DNA of 64,000 nucleotides from an uncultured Dehalococcoidia bacterium (GTDB lineage Bacteria > Chloroflexota > Dehalococcoidia > Lucifugimonadales > CAZDRU01), in contig CAZDRU010000023.1 in assembly GCA_964508175.1 (NCBI GenBank), positions 3,451 through 67,450 on the forward strand. Direction: 5' to 3'. The notes beneath the pieces were generated by a model, which saw only the letters and a list, made by a program, of their open reading frames with translations, made no database searches and was not told the DNA's origin. Position 1 is the stretch's first letter. The number at the start of each line of letters is the position of its first letter. The position numbers and the translations under genes were made by a program. This document shows positions 8,412-17,354 of this stretch, one piece after another.

Positions 8412-9034
8412 TGAATATTCACGCAGAAAAAGAAGAAAAAAATTTAATTGTTCATGAATATAGGCAATCACAAATTATTGAAGCTGCTCGAAAAATTATT
8501 ACTACGAAAGGCATTCAAAAATTAACTGTTGGTAATATAGCTAAAGAAATTGGATTGTCTGGGCCTGCACTATATCGTCATGTAAGAAATAAACAAGAAG
8601 TTTTGAGGCTTGTTTTAGATGATATTGGAAATGGGTTAGCTATGATTGGATCTAAATCATTAAGAAAAAGTAATTCTCCTCTTAATAATCTTCGAGAAAT
8701 ATTTAAATTACATCTTTCTTATTCCGAACAAAGGAAAGGGATATCTTTTCTCGTTATTGATGAAGTGTTACGTATAGAGGATAGAATGTTGAGAAATCTA
8801 GCAAATTCAATAGTTAAAAATTATTTAGTTATGATTGAGAAAATATTAAAATCTGCTATTGAATCTAAACAAATATCTTCTGAACTTGATACTTGGACTG
8901 CTTCAAAATTATTTTTTGGAATGATTCAAGGCAGTGTTACTTTATGGGCATTACATCATTCACGATTTCCTCTTTCGGAACGTTTTGAAAAAATGTGGAA
9001 TTTGTATAAAAAAGCTATAGGTGTATTGGTTTAG
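8405..9034 (+). CDS. TetR/AcrR family transcriptional regulator
   Basis: N-terminal HTH (KLTVGNIAKEIGLSGPALYRHVRNKQEVL) typical of TetR_N, followed by a helical C-terminal ligand domain. Confidence 0.85.
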   Translation: MLMNIHAEKEEKNLIVHEYRQSQIIEAARKIITTKGIQKLTVGNIAKEIGLSGPALYRHVRNKQEVLRLVLDDIGNGLAMIGSKSLRKSNSPLNNLREIFKLHLSYSEQRKGISFLVIDEVLRIEDRMLRNLANSIVKNYLVMIEKILKSAIESKQISSELDTWTASKLFFGMIQGSVTLWALHHSRFPLSERFEKMWNLYKKAIGVLV

Positions 9035-9073
9035 TAATGATTAGATTTAATAATTTATATAAAGGTTTTAAAA

Positions 9074-9769
9074 ATGTTTGTTGTTAGTATAGATGGAGAT
9101 GCTTTTGCTGGCAGAACGACTATTTCACGCGAATTATCAATTGCATTAAATGCAAAGTATCTTGATATAAAAATATTAAGCCAATTTGCCTTGCAAAAAG
9201 GTATCAATGGAATTAAATTGTTTGAACAATTTGAAAAATCCTATCCTTTAATTAATAGGATTATGGATTTTGTTTTACGAAGTTTTCGTTATTATTCAAC
9301 ATATCCACTATTTTATGATGAATTTGGTTCCTTAAAATCATATAGCAAGATATCTGAAAAAAATTCTAAAATAGATAAATACGATCTTTTTTATTTGAAA
9401 GAAAAATTTTCAACATTAATTTTGGAATCTCTTTCTGCAAAACATACTATTATTAATGGTTGTATGGCACAAAATTTACTTAATGCTTATCCTGACCTGT
9501 ACAAAGTTTTTATTACAGCGCCATTTGAATTTAGAGTTATGAGATGTGCAATGGAAAAAAAAGTATCTCATGAAAAAGCAGAAAATATAGTAAAAGAAAT
9601 GGATAACAACAGAAATTTATTTGCAAATCAAGTTTATAATTTCGATAGAAGTGATTTAAGTTATTATGATTTAGTTATTGATGTTTCAGAATATAATAAA
9701 GAAGGATCAATTAAAAAAATCATACAAAATATTACTAATCTTTCTGAAGAAGAATTATTAATTAATTAA
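9074..9769 (+). CDS. cytidylate-kinase-like (Cytidylate_kin2-type) P-loop protein with Walker A Lys replaced by Arg
   Basis: VVSIDGDAFAGRTTISRELS aligns to the Cmk-type P-loop IDGPAGSGKST, but here it reads G-D-A-F-A-G-R-T-T. Confidence 0.55.
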   Translation: MFVVSIDGDAFAGRTTISRELSIALNAKYLDIKILSQFALQKGINGIKLFEQFEKSYPLINRIMDFVLRSFRYYSTYPLFYDEFGSLKSYSKISEKNSKIDKYDLFYLKEKFSTLILESLSAKHTIINGCMAQNLLNAYPDLYKVFITAPFEFRVMRCAMEKKVSHEKAENIVKEMDNNRNLFANQVYNFDRSDLSYYDLVIDVSEYNKEGSIKKIIQNITNLSEEELLIN

Positions 9770-9799
9770 AATTTTTACCTAAGGAGGGTCAATTTATTT

Positions 9800-10765
9800 A
9801 TGAGTAAAATTGCTTTTTTTTCTACTTATAATAGAGATGTTTTAGATTTATATATGGAATATTGTCCTTCTGAGTTTGATGTTTCTTTTGGATCTCCTAC
9901 ATCTTCTTTAGATGAAATGATTGATATTACAGAAAGAGCTGAAGCTATTATTTTACATGCAATGTCGTTACCTAATGAAGTCTACGAAGTTGCAAAGAAT
10001 ACTAAATTAATTCAATTATTAAGTGCAGGCTATGATAATGTTAATTTTGAATTATCTAAAAAAATGAATATTCCGATATCAAATATTGGAGGAACTAATG
10101 CTCCGGGAGTCGCAGAAATTGTTTTATTGTTGATTTTAGGAGTCTATAGACGAATTGTTCATATGGATAATGCAGTTCGCAATGGTAAGTGGTTAAAAGA
10201 TGTAATTACAGGACATCCTATCATGGAACTTGCAGGCAAAACGGTAGGTATAGTTGGATTAGGAAATATTGGAAGAACCCTTGCTAAGCGATTACAAGGT
10301 TTTGACGTTACTATCATTGGGTATGATTTGCTTCCTCCAACTGAATCAGAAAAATCTTTAAATATTAAGAGAGTAAGTAAAAATGATTTATTCAAAGAAT
10401 CAGATATTATATCTCTTCATATTCCTCTTTTAGAGCAAACAAAGCACTTCGTTGGTGTTCATGAACTATCTTTAATGAATAAAAATTCGATTTTAATTAA
10501 TACTAGTCGAGGTCCAGTTGTTGATGAAAAAGCTTTAATTTCAGTTTTGCAAAAAAATAAAATTGCAGGTGCTGGTTTAGATGTTTTTGAAGAAGAACCT
10601 ATCAATCGAGATAATCCCTTATTAAGTCTTGATAATGTTGTTCTTACTCCTCATGCTGCAGGTAGTACAAAAGAAAGTTGGCCACGTAGAGCAATTTTTG
10701 CTTTTGAAAATATTAAGAGAGTTTTTAATCGAAAAGAAGCACTATCTTTAATTAAAAATGAATAA
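9800..10765 (+). CDS. D-isomer-specific 2-hydroxyacid dehydrogenase family (NAD-binding)
   Basis: GKTVGIVGLGNIGRTLAKRL, SLHIPL, INTSRGPVVDE and TPHAAG motifs. AAGGAGG RBS. Confidence 0.85.
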   Translation: MSKIAFFSTYNRDVLDLYMEYCPSEFDVSFGSPTSSLDEMIDITERAEAIILHAMSLPNEVYEVAKNTKLIQLLSAGYDNVNFELSKKMNIPISNIGGTNAPGVAEIVLLLILGVYRRIVHMDNAVRNGKWLKDVITGHPIMELAGKTVGIVGLGNIGRTLAKRLQGFDVTIIGYDLLPPTESEKSLNIKRVSKNDLFKESDIISLHIPLLEQTKHFVGVHELSLMNKNSILINTSRGPVVDEKALISVLQKNKIAGAGLDVFEEEPINRDNPLLSLDNVVLTPHAAGSTKESWPRRAIFAFENIKRVFNRKEALSLIKNE

Positions 10766-10792
10766 AATTTTGATTCAGAGAAACAAAAATTA

Positions 10793-11752
10793 ATGTCATT
10801 CAAAATCGTTATATTACCACCTTATCAAGAACCTGAATGGCCAAGCTTGATTGAAGAAGCGGTTAAAGGAGTAATTGTTAAATATTTTGATGCAGTTGAA
10901 GATTCTTTGAGTGAACTTGTAGATGCCGATGCTGTTTATGGAACTATTCCAGAGAAATTTTTTTCTTATGCTAAAAAATTAAAATGGTTAGCTGCTCCAC
11001 AAGCCGGTCTTGGGGGTAAATGGTTTTATCAAAAACTTGTAGAAAGCGATATTGTTGTGACTAACATTAGAGGTGTATACAATGATCATCTTAGTGCTCA
11101 TATCATGGCTTTTCTGATGATGTTTGCAAGGAAATTTCATAGATATTTTGACTATCAAAGAAAATCTAAATGGAAATTTATCGAACCAGCAGTTTATTTG
11201 CCAGATAGTATTGTTATAGTCATTGGCGTTGGAAATATTGGAAACGAAGTAGCTAAATTATGTAAGGCTTTTGGAATGAAAATTTGGGGAGTAGATCCTT
11301 GCGTAGATGAAAATTTAGAATATATAGATGAGTTATATCAGCCAGAAATGCTTGATTCTATACTCGGGAAAGCTGATTTTGTGATTATTACAACTCCAGA
11401 AACGCCCAAAACAATAAAAATGTTTGATGAAAGAAGATTAAGATTATTAAAGAAAACAGCTTATTTAATAAATACAGGAAGAGGTTCTAGTATTGTGTTA
11501 GATGATCTTGTTAAAGTTCTTGAACAAAAGAAATTTGCAGGAGTTGGTCTTGATGTTTTTGAAATAGAACCATTACCTTCTGATCATCCTCTTTGGAAAA
11601 TGTCAAATGTGATTATTACTCCTCATATAGCTGGTACGATGTTAGATAAAAATGTCACAGCGAGAAGAACAAAAATTTTGATTGAAAATTGTAAAAGATT
11701 TTCTAAAAATAAACCTTTAATTAATGTTGTGGATAAAAGGAATTGGTTTTAG
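10793..11752 (+). CDS. D-isomer-specific 2-hydroxyacid dehydrogenase family, second tandem paralogue
   Basis: VIGVGNIGNEVAKLCKAFGM, INTGRGSSIVLDD and TPHIAG motifs. Confidence 0.8.
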   Translation: MSFKIVILPPYQEPEWPSLIEEAVKGVIVKYFDAVEDSLSELVDADAVYGTIPEKFFSYAKKLKWLAAPQAGLGGKWFYQKLVESDIVVTNIRGVYNDHLSAHIMAFLMMFARKFHRYFDYQRKSKWKFIEPAVYLPDSIVIVIGVGNIGNEVAKLCKAFGMKIWGVDPCVDENLEYIDELYQPEMLDSILGKADFVIITTPETPKTIKMFDERRLRLLKKTAYLINTGRGSSIVLDDLVKVLEQKKFAGVGLDVFEIEPLPSDHPLWKMSNVIITPHIAGTMLDKNVTARRTKILIENCKRFSKNKPLINVVDKRNWF

Positions 11753-11800
11753 ACTAATTCTATAAGAAAATAAATTGAGAATTGATAGTAAAAAAATATA

Positions 11801-12454
11801 ATGAAACAAGTTAGACCTGAAGATATAGATTTCCGAGTAAAGTATTTAACAGTAGCACTTGTATTGTTTGCTGTTGCAATTGGAATATGTGCAGTATTTG
11901 TATCGTTTGTGACTAGATCTGTTAGTGATATTTGGGATACACCTCAACAATTACCTTTGGTACATTCTCTATTTTTGGGTGGTGCAGGAGCAATGGCTAC
12001 AACAATTATGGTTATGCCTATTGTGTATTGGTTGAATCAAAGACTTACATATCCCAGCTCATTGATTTGGTGGATAATTATTGGTTTATTTTTTAGTATT
12101 TTTAGTGCTCTTATTTCTGGTGCTTTGTATCCTTATTTTCTTGGCCTTGTTGGTGTTGCTAATAGTGTGATTAATATTAATAATGTGTTGGGTGATACTT
12201 GGATAATAATTTTAACTGCATTACTTAACGGCATTCGTAATGGAGCAAGTGATATCTATGTATGGATGATATTTGGAGTTATATTTGGTGTAGCTGGTTG
12301 GATTATTGATAATATCAGTGCTTTAGGAGTAGCAAAATCAGGTAGCTTTTATGCTGTTTTGGTTTCACTTGTTTTAGGTATATTTATAATGCTGTTTATT
12401 TTTTTTACGCCATTAGAAACCTTTGCGAAATTTGGACTATCCTCTGGGTTTTGA
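11801..12454 (+). CDS. polytopic membrane protein of unknown function
   Basis: 217 aa with about six hydrophobic segments. No family recognised. Confidence 0.55.
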   Translation: MKQVRPEDIDFRVKYLTVALVLFAVAIGICAVFVSFVTRSVSDIWDTPQQLPLVHSLFLGGAGAMATTIMVMPIVYWLNQRLTYPSSLIWWIIIGLFFSIFSALISGALYPYFLGLVGVANSVININNVLGDTWIIILTALLNGIRNGASDIYVWMIFGVIFGVAGWIIDNISALGVAKSGSFYAVLVSLVLGIFIMLFIFFTPLETFAKFGLSSGF

Positions 12455-12573
12455 AAATAAATCCATATACTTAAATTAAGAATATACTGAGGGATGCTAT
12501 TATGATTTTTTTGAGTCCATTAGAAACATTTGCTAAACTTGTACATTATTAGAACCATTTGCTAATAAATTTG
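12410..12573 (+). repeat. three degenerate ~25-nt copies of the 3' end of the preceding membrane-protein gene
   Basis: The three copies are ccattagaaacctttgcgaaatttgg (12410-12435, inside the CDS), ccattagaaacatttgctaaacttg (12517-12541) and attagaaccatttgctaataaatttg (12548-12573). Confidence 0.6.
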
Positions 12574-12608
12574 AGTAATTGTTGATTATATTTTATTAGG
12601 AGGAAGGT

Positions 12609-13763
12609 ATGGTGCTTAATAATCAAATAGGAATAGATAAAAAATTAGTTGTTTTACAATTATCTGGCGGCAATGATTATCTAAACACGATCGTTCCTTA
12701 CACTAATGGTTTTTATAATGATTTTAGAACTAACGTTAAAATAGTTCCTGAAGATGTTCTTCCTATTAATGATGAACTAGGTTTTAGGCCAGGTATGGAA
12801 GCTATTAAAAGGTTATGGGATGAAGGTAAAGTAGCTATTATACATGGAATAGGATATCCACAGCCTAATAGGTCTCATTTTAGATCTATGGATATTTGGC
12901 ATACGGCTTTACCAGATGATATTGGGACAGAAGGTTGGTTAGGTCGCGTTATTAGGGACATAGATCCAAAGGGAGAAAACGTACTGACTGGCGTAAATTT
13001 TGGAAAAGGCTTGCCAAGATCGTTAGGATGTAAAGGGGTGCCTGTAGCCTCAGTTGGGGACTTGGAGACTTATGGATTGTTTCCAGATATAGAAGATGAG
13101 TTGCTAAGAAAATTTGCGCTTGATACATTTGCGAAAATGTATGGTGGGGCAAAAGGAAAGGATTCCGTTATGGACTTTTTGGGACAGACCGGCACTAACG
13201 CATTAAAGGGCGCAGATATTTTGAGAACAGCACCAACTATGTATAAGTCATCTGTTGAGTATGCAAATAATCCTATGGCTCAAAGTTTAAAAAGTGTAGC
13301 ACAAGTGATGTTTGCTGATTTGGGAACTCGTATTTATTATACGACACATGGTAGCTTTGACACCCATGCTCTTGAACTAGAAACACATGAAAAATTGTGG
13401 AAGGAGGTATCAGGTGCGGTTAGTGATTTTATTGATGATGTACATGAGCATGGAAAAGGTGATGATACTGTCTTGTTTTTATTTTCAGAATTTGGTCGAA
13501 GGATTAAAGATAATGGTTCTGGAACGGATCATGGTTCAGGCGGAATAGCTATGATTATTGGTGATTCAGTAAAAGGTGGTATGTATGGTGAATATCCATC
13601 TTTGAAACCTGAAGACCATGTGGATGGAGATTTGCAGTTCAATAATGATTTTAGACAAACTTATACTACGTTACTTGAGGATTGGTTGCATTTAGATGCT
13701 CCAGAGATTGTAAATGGCAATTTTACTAAGTTTGATTTTATAAAGAAAGGGTCACATATTTAA
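12609..13763 (+). CDS. DUF1501 (sulfatase/alkaline-phosphatase-like) protein lacking the usual Tat signal
   Basis: LSGGNDYLNTIVPY, HGSFDTHA and FSEFGRRIKDNGSGTDHGSGG are DUF1501 hallmarks. GGAGGAAGG RBS. An in-frame TAG at 12597-12599 excludes an N-terminal extension. Confidence 0.8.
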   Translation: MVLNNQIGIDKKLVVLQLSGGNDYLNTIVPYTNGFYNDFRTNVKIVPEDVLPINDELGFRPGMEAIKRLWDEGKVAIIHGIGYPQPNRSHFRSMDIWHTALPDDIGTEGWLGRVIRDIDPKGENVLTGVNFGKGLPRSLGCKGVPVASVGDLETYGLFPDIEDELLRKFALDTFAKMYGGAKGKDSVMDFLGQTGTNALKGADILRTAPTMYKSSVEYANNPMAQSLKSVAQVMFADLGTRIYYTTHGSFDTHALELETHEKLWKEVSGAVSDFIDDVHEHGKGDDTVLFLFSEFGRRIKDNGSGTDHGSGGIAMIIGDSVKGGMYGEYPSLKPEDHVDGDLQFNNDFRQTYTTLLEDWLHLDAPEIVNGNFTKFDFIKKGSHI

Positions 13764-13825
13764 TCTTTTGGTAGGTATGCTGGCGTTTATATGCAAATAT
13801 ATTAAGGAAATAAGGAAATCACAAA

Positions 13826-15256
13826 ATGCTATCAAGAAAATCGGATTTACAATTAAAAGGACATTTGTTTCGTAGAGCGGGCTTTGGCACTACTTCTCAG
13901 CAACTTGAAAATTTCAATGAGATCTCATATGAACAAATAGTAGAGGAACTATTGGATGTGGAAGTAGATGATGGTATAGACCAAGATATTCTTTACAGGT
14001 ATTGTCCGGATGCTTCCGGTGGTATCGGTATGTTTGGCATACAATCGAGTATGCTTTATCACATGATAGTTTCTAAAACTCCGTTAGTTGAAAAAATGGC
14101 ATTATTTTGGCATGGAGTTTTTGCCACAGGATATTCGAAATTAACCCAAGGTAAGATTTTAAACAATCAGATTGAAATGTTCAGACGTCTTGCTTTAGGT
14201 AATATGCATGATATATTAATGGGCATTTCCACTGATCCAGCAATGATGATGTGGTTGGATAATGATGATAATCATAAAGGGGCCATTAATGAGAATTATG
14301 GGAGGGAACTTCTAGAATTATTCTCGATGGGAGTTGGGAACTATTCTGAGTTTGATATAAAAGAATGTGCAAGAGCTTTTACTGGTTGGACTATCAGAAA
14401 TAAAGATTTTGTTAGACTAAAAGCCCAAAATGACTCATTATGGCCATATGGAATGTCTTCACTTGAGTTTGAATATATCCCTGATGACCATGATGGTGGA
14501 GAAAAATTTTTCTTAGGTGAAACAGGGGATTTCAATGGCGAAGATATCATTAAAATAATATGTAAACAAGAAGCTACTGGACGGTTTATTTCTAGACATC
14601 TTTACAGTTATTTTGTCGCAGATGAACCGCCAGTAACGAAATGGCCTTATGAGGAACCTAGAGATGCAAAAGCCATTGAAGCACTTACCAAAGTTTATCT
14701 AAAAAGCAATTATGATATTAAGGAAGTTTTAAGATATTTATTTAATTCTGACTTTTTCAAGTCAGAAAATGTTAGAAACTCGAAAATAAAAAGTCCAGCT
14801 GAACTTGTTGCAGGGATTTTGAGAGTTACTGACGAAATAACTGGTCCAAATCCACAAGTTACGGAATATGTTTTTGATGTTACTGCAATGGGTCAGCAAT
14901 TAATAAATCCTCCATCGGTAGAAGGTTGGCATCAGGGTTTGGAATGGATTGATACGGGTACAACACTAGATCGTGTTAATTTTTCTTCAGCCCAAATTGG
15001 CGACGGTACTAAACCTGGCATCAAAAATATTATATCTAGATTAAGGAATTCAAATTGCAAATCGCCTAGAGAATTGATTGATAAGTGTATGGATGAATTG
15101 GGGTTTATTTATTTATCAGATAATACTAGGGAGAGGTTAATTGATCATTTATCAAATGATCATAGAAAAAATTTTGATATATGCGATATGGATGATGAAA
15201 CTATTACGAATATACTTAAATTAATTGCTTCTACACCGGATTATCAAAGAGCCTAA
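13826..15256 (+). CDS. DUF1800 family protein
   Basis: HLFRRAGFG, FWHGVFAT and WLDNDDNHKGAINENYGRELLELFSMGVGNYSEFDIKECARAFTGW are DUF1800 signatures. Confidence 0.8.
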   Translation: MLSRKSDLQLKGHLFRRAGFGTTSQQLENFNEISYEQIVEELLDVEVDDGIDQDILYRYCPDASGGIGMFGIQSSMLYHMIVSKTPLVEKMALFWHGVFATGYSKLTQGKILNNQIEMFRRLALGNMHDILMGISTDPAMMMWLDNDDNHKGAINENYGRELLELFSMGVGNYSEFDIKECARAFTGWTIRNKDFVRLKAQNDSLWPYGMSSLEFEYIPDDHDGGEKFFLGETGDFNGEDIIKIICKQEATGRFISRHLYSYFVADEPPVTKWPYEEPRDAKAIEALTKVYLKSNYDIKEVLRYLFNSDFFKSENVRNSKIKSPAELVAGILRVTDEITGPNPQVTEYVFDVTAMGQQLINPPSVEGWHQGLEWIDTGTTLDRVNFSSAQIGDGTKPGIKNIISRLRNSNCKSPRELIDKCMDELGFIYLSDNTRERLIDHLSNDHRKNFDICDMDDETITNILKLIASTPDYQRA

Positions 15257-15267
15257 AGGAAATCAAT

Positions 15268-16365
15268 ATGGTTATTAAAAGACTTGAGTACAAGGATGTT
15301 ATTGGTATTGCCGCTATGGAGGGGAGGGGATTTTATTATCCCGTAGATGTTGCAGTTGCTCCTGATGATAAATTATTCGTTTTGGGAAGAAGCCATGATG
15401 GGGATGCCCGTGGGGTGCAGATACTGAAATGCGATATTGAAAGCGAATATTATGGGATTTTTGGTTCCTACGGTTCAGGAGATGGTCAATTTATATGGCC
15501 TACTTCAATTGCAATCGATAGTGATGGACTGATTTATGTTACGGATGAATATTTGAATAGAATAAGTATTTTTGATCAGAAGTGTCAATTTATTAAAAAA
15601 TGGGATAGTTCAAACGATCAAAATATTGGACTTATTAAACCAGCTGGAATAGTAAAAGCCTCAGAAAAAATATCAGAACAACGGGATAGTTCAAACGATC
15701 AAAATATTGAACTTACCAAACCAGCTGGAATAGCGATAGATTCAGAAAAATTTGTATGGATAGTTGATAGTCAAGAAAATAACATTAAGAGATTTACTCC
15801 TAACGGTCAATGTGTTTTAAAATTTGGTAATTTGGGTGGTGGTCCCGGCGAATTTCAAATGCCTTGGGGGATAGCAGTTTCAGACGCAGATGATGTTTAT
15901 GTGGCTGATTGGGGTAATAACAGAATTCAAAGATTTACATCTCAAGGAGCATTTATAGGGGAATACGGGAATAATAGTGATGTTAGTTCTGATAATTTAA
16001 GCAAACCATCAGATGTTAGCGTTGATTCTCAAGGATATATGTATGTAACGGATTGGGGGAATCATAGACTTCAAGTTTTATCTTCAGACGGAGAATTAAT
16101 TCAAAATTTTAGAGGAAACGCTGGCATTTCGAAATGGGCACAAGAGTTTTTGGACTCAAATCCTGACGAAAATATAGCTAGATCAGGAGCTGATTTAGAA
16201 CCAGATTTAATGGAAAATGATTGGGATTTACATGAACAATCGTATCATACTGAGAAATTTTTTTGGTCGCCCATTTCCGTAGAAAATTACCATGATGATT
16301 TAGTTATTGTGGTAGATAGAAATAGGCATAGAATGCAAATTTTGAAAATAAATCGGCATACTTAA
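15268..16365 (+). CDS. NHL-repeat beta-propeller protein (cytoplasmic, no signal peptide)
   Basis: Repeated NHL blades (YVTDEYLNRISIFD, WIVDSQENNIKRF, YVADWGNNRIQRF, YVTDWGNHRLQVL). It starts 11 nt after the DUF1800 stop. Confidence 0.8.
   Translation: MVIKRLEYKDVIGIAAMEGRGFYYPVDVAVAPDDKLFVLGRSHDGDARGVQILKCDIESEYYGIFGSYGSGDGQFIWPTSIAIDSDGLIYVTDEYLNRISIFDQKCQFIKKWDSSNDQNIGLIKPAGIVKASEKISEQRDSSNDQNIELTKPAGIAIDSEKFVWIVDSQENNIKRFTPNGQCVLKFGNLGGGPGEFQMPWGIAVSDADDVYVADWGNNRIQRFTSQGAFIGEYGNNSDVSSDNLSKPSDVSVDSQGYMYVTDWGNHRLQVLSSDGELIQNFRGNAGISKWAQEFLDSNPDENIARSGADLEPDLMENDWDLHEQSYHTEKFFWSPISVENYHDDLVIVVDRNRHRMQILKINRHT
15602..15750 (+). repeat. in-frame tandem duplication with an 81-bp period inside the NHL gene
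   Basis: A 51-nt block (gggatagttcaaacgatcaaaatattg.actta..aaaccagctggaatag) occurs at 15602-15652 and again at 15683-15733 with 3 mismatches. tcagaaaaa recurs at 15661 and 15742. The protein reads DSSNDQNIGLIKPAGI / DSSNDQNIELTKPAGI. Confidence 0.85.
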
Positions 16366-16470
16366 TTGTATTGAAGCGAAAGCTATGAATAGTGATTTAC
16401 TGCTCTTGACACATCTATTAATAAGGGTAGGTTTTGCACCGAAAAAGAAGAATTAAAGAGGTATGTTATT

Positions 16471-17310
16471 ATGAAAAAATTAGAGGAGAAAATTGCTATT
16501 ATAACTGGAGGAGCCCAAGGCATTGGAGGAGGAATTTCGAGACGTTTTGGTGAAGAAGGGGCTAGTGTATTAATAGCTGATATTGATGAAGAATCTGCTA
16601 AAAAAAATGTTAAAACAATTATTTCTAATGGAGGTATAGCCGAATACATTGTAGCTGATGTTGGCAAATCAAAAGACACAGAAAACATGATTAATTATGC
16701 CAAGACCAAATGGGGGAGAATTGATATTTTGGTGAATAATGCTTTTCCTGCAGCTACACATTCGTTACAAGGATCGGCGTTAGAAATTTCTGAAAAGGAT
16801 TGGGAATGGGGTATGGATTTATTATTAAATTCGATTTTTCGAGCTAGTCGATTAGTTATTCCAGAAATGAAAAAGGTAGGTTCTGGAGCTATATTGAATA
16901 TTTCATCTGTTCATGGAATTTTGATGGCTCCAGGTGCAGTTATTTATGAAACTGCTAAAACTGCAGTTATAGGTTTAACGAAACAATTAGCTGTTGAATA
17001 TGGGAAATGGGGTATTAGAGTTAATTCAATTTGTCCAGGACATATTGTTACTGAAAGGATACATGAGAATATGTGGAAAAATAATCCTAGTGGACATCGA
17101 TTTTTTGAACAATCATATCCTTTGAAAAGGACAGGCAAATTACTTGATATAGCTAATGCAGCGTTATTTCTTTGTTCAGATGATTCATCATTTATTACAG
17201 GTCATCCTCTTATAGTAGATGGTGGATTAAGTATTCAATTACAAGAAGATTTAATTGTTCAATCCGCTCATCATATGAAAGAGTTTCCTGATACGGAACT
17301 TCCGTCTTAA
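16471..17310 (+). CDS. short-chain dehydrogenase/reductase (SDR)
   Basis: TGGAQGIGGG, NNAF and YETAKTA motifs. Confidence 0.85.
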   Translation: MKKLEEKIAIITGGAQGIGGGISRRFGEEGASVLIADIDEESAKKNVKTIISNGGIAEYIVADVGKSKDTENMINYAKTKWGRIDILVNNAFPAATHSLQGSALEISEKDWEWGMDLLLNSIFRASRLVIPEMKKVGSGAILNISSVHGILMAPGAVIYETAKTAVIGLTKQLAVEYGKWGIRVNSICPGHIVTERIHENMWKNNPSGHRFFEQSYPLKRTGKLLDIANAALFLCSDDSSFITGHPLIVDGGLSIQLQEDLIVQSAHHMKEFPDTELPS

Positions 17311-17354
17311 AGTTAGTTTGTTAATATATAATACAATTAAAAAATGAATAGAAA

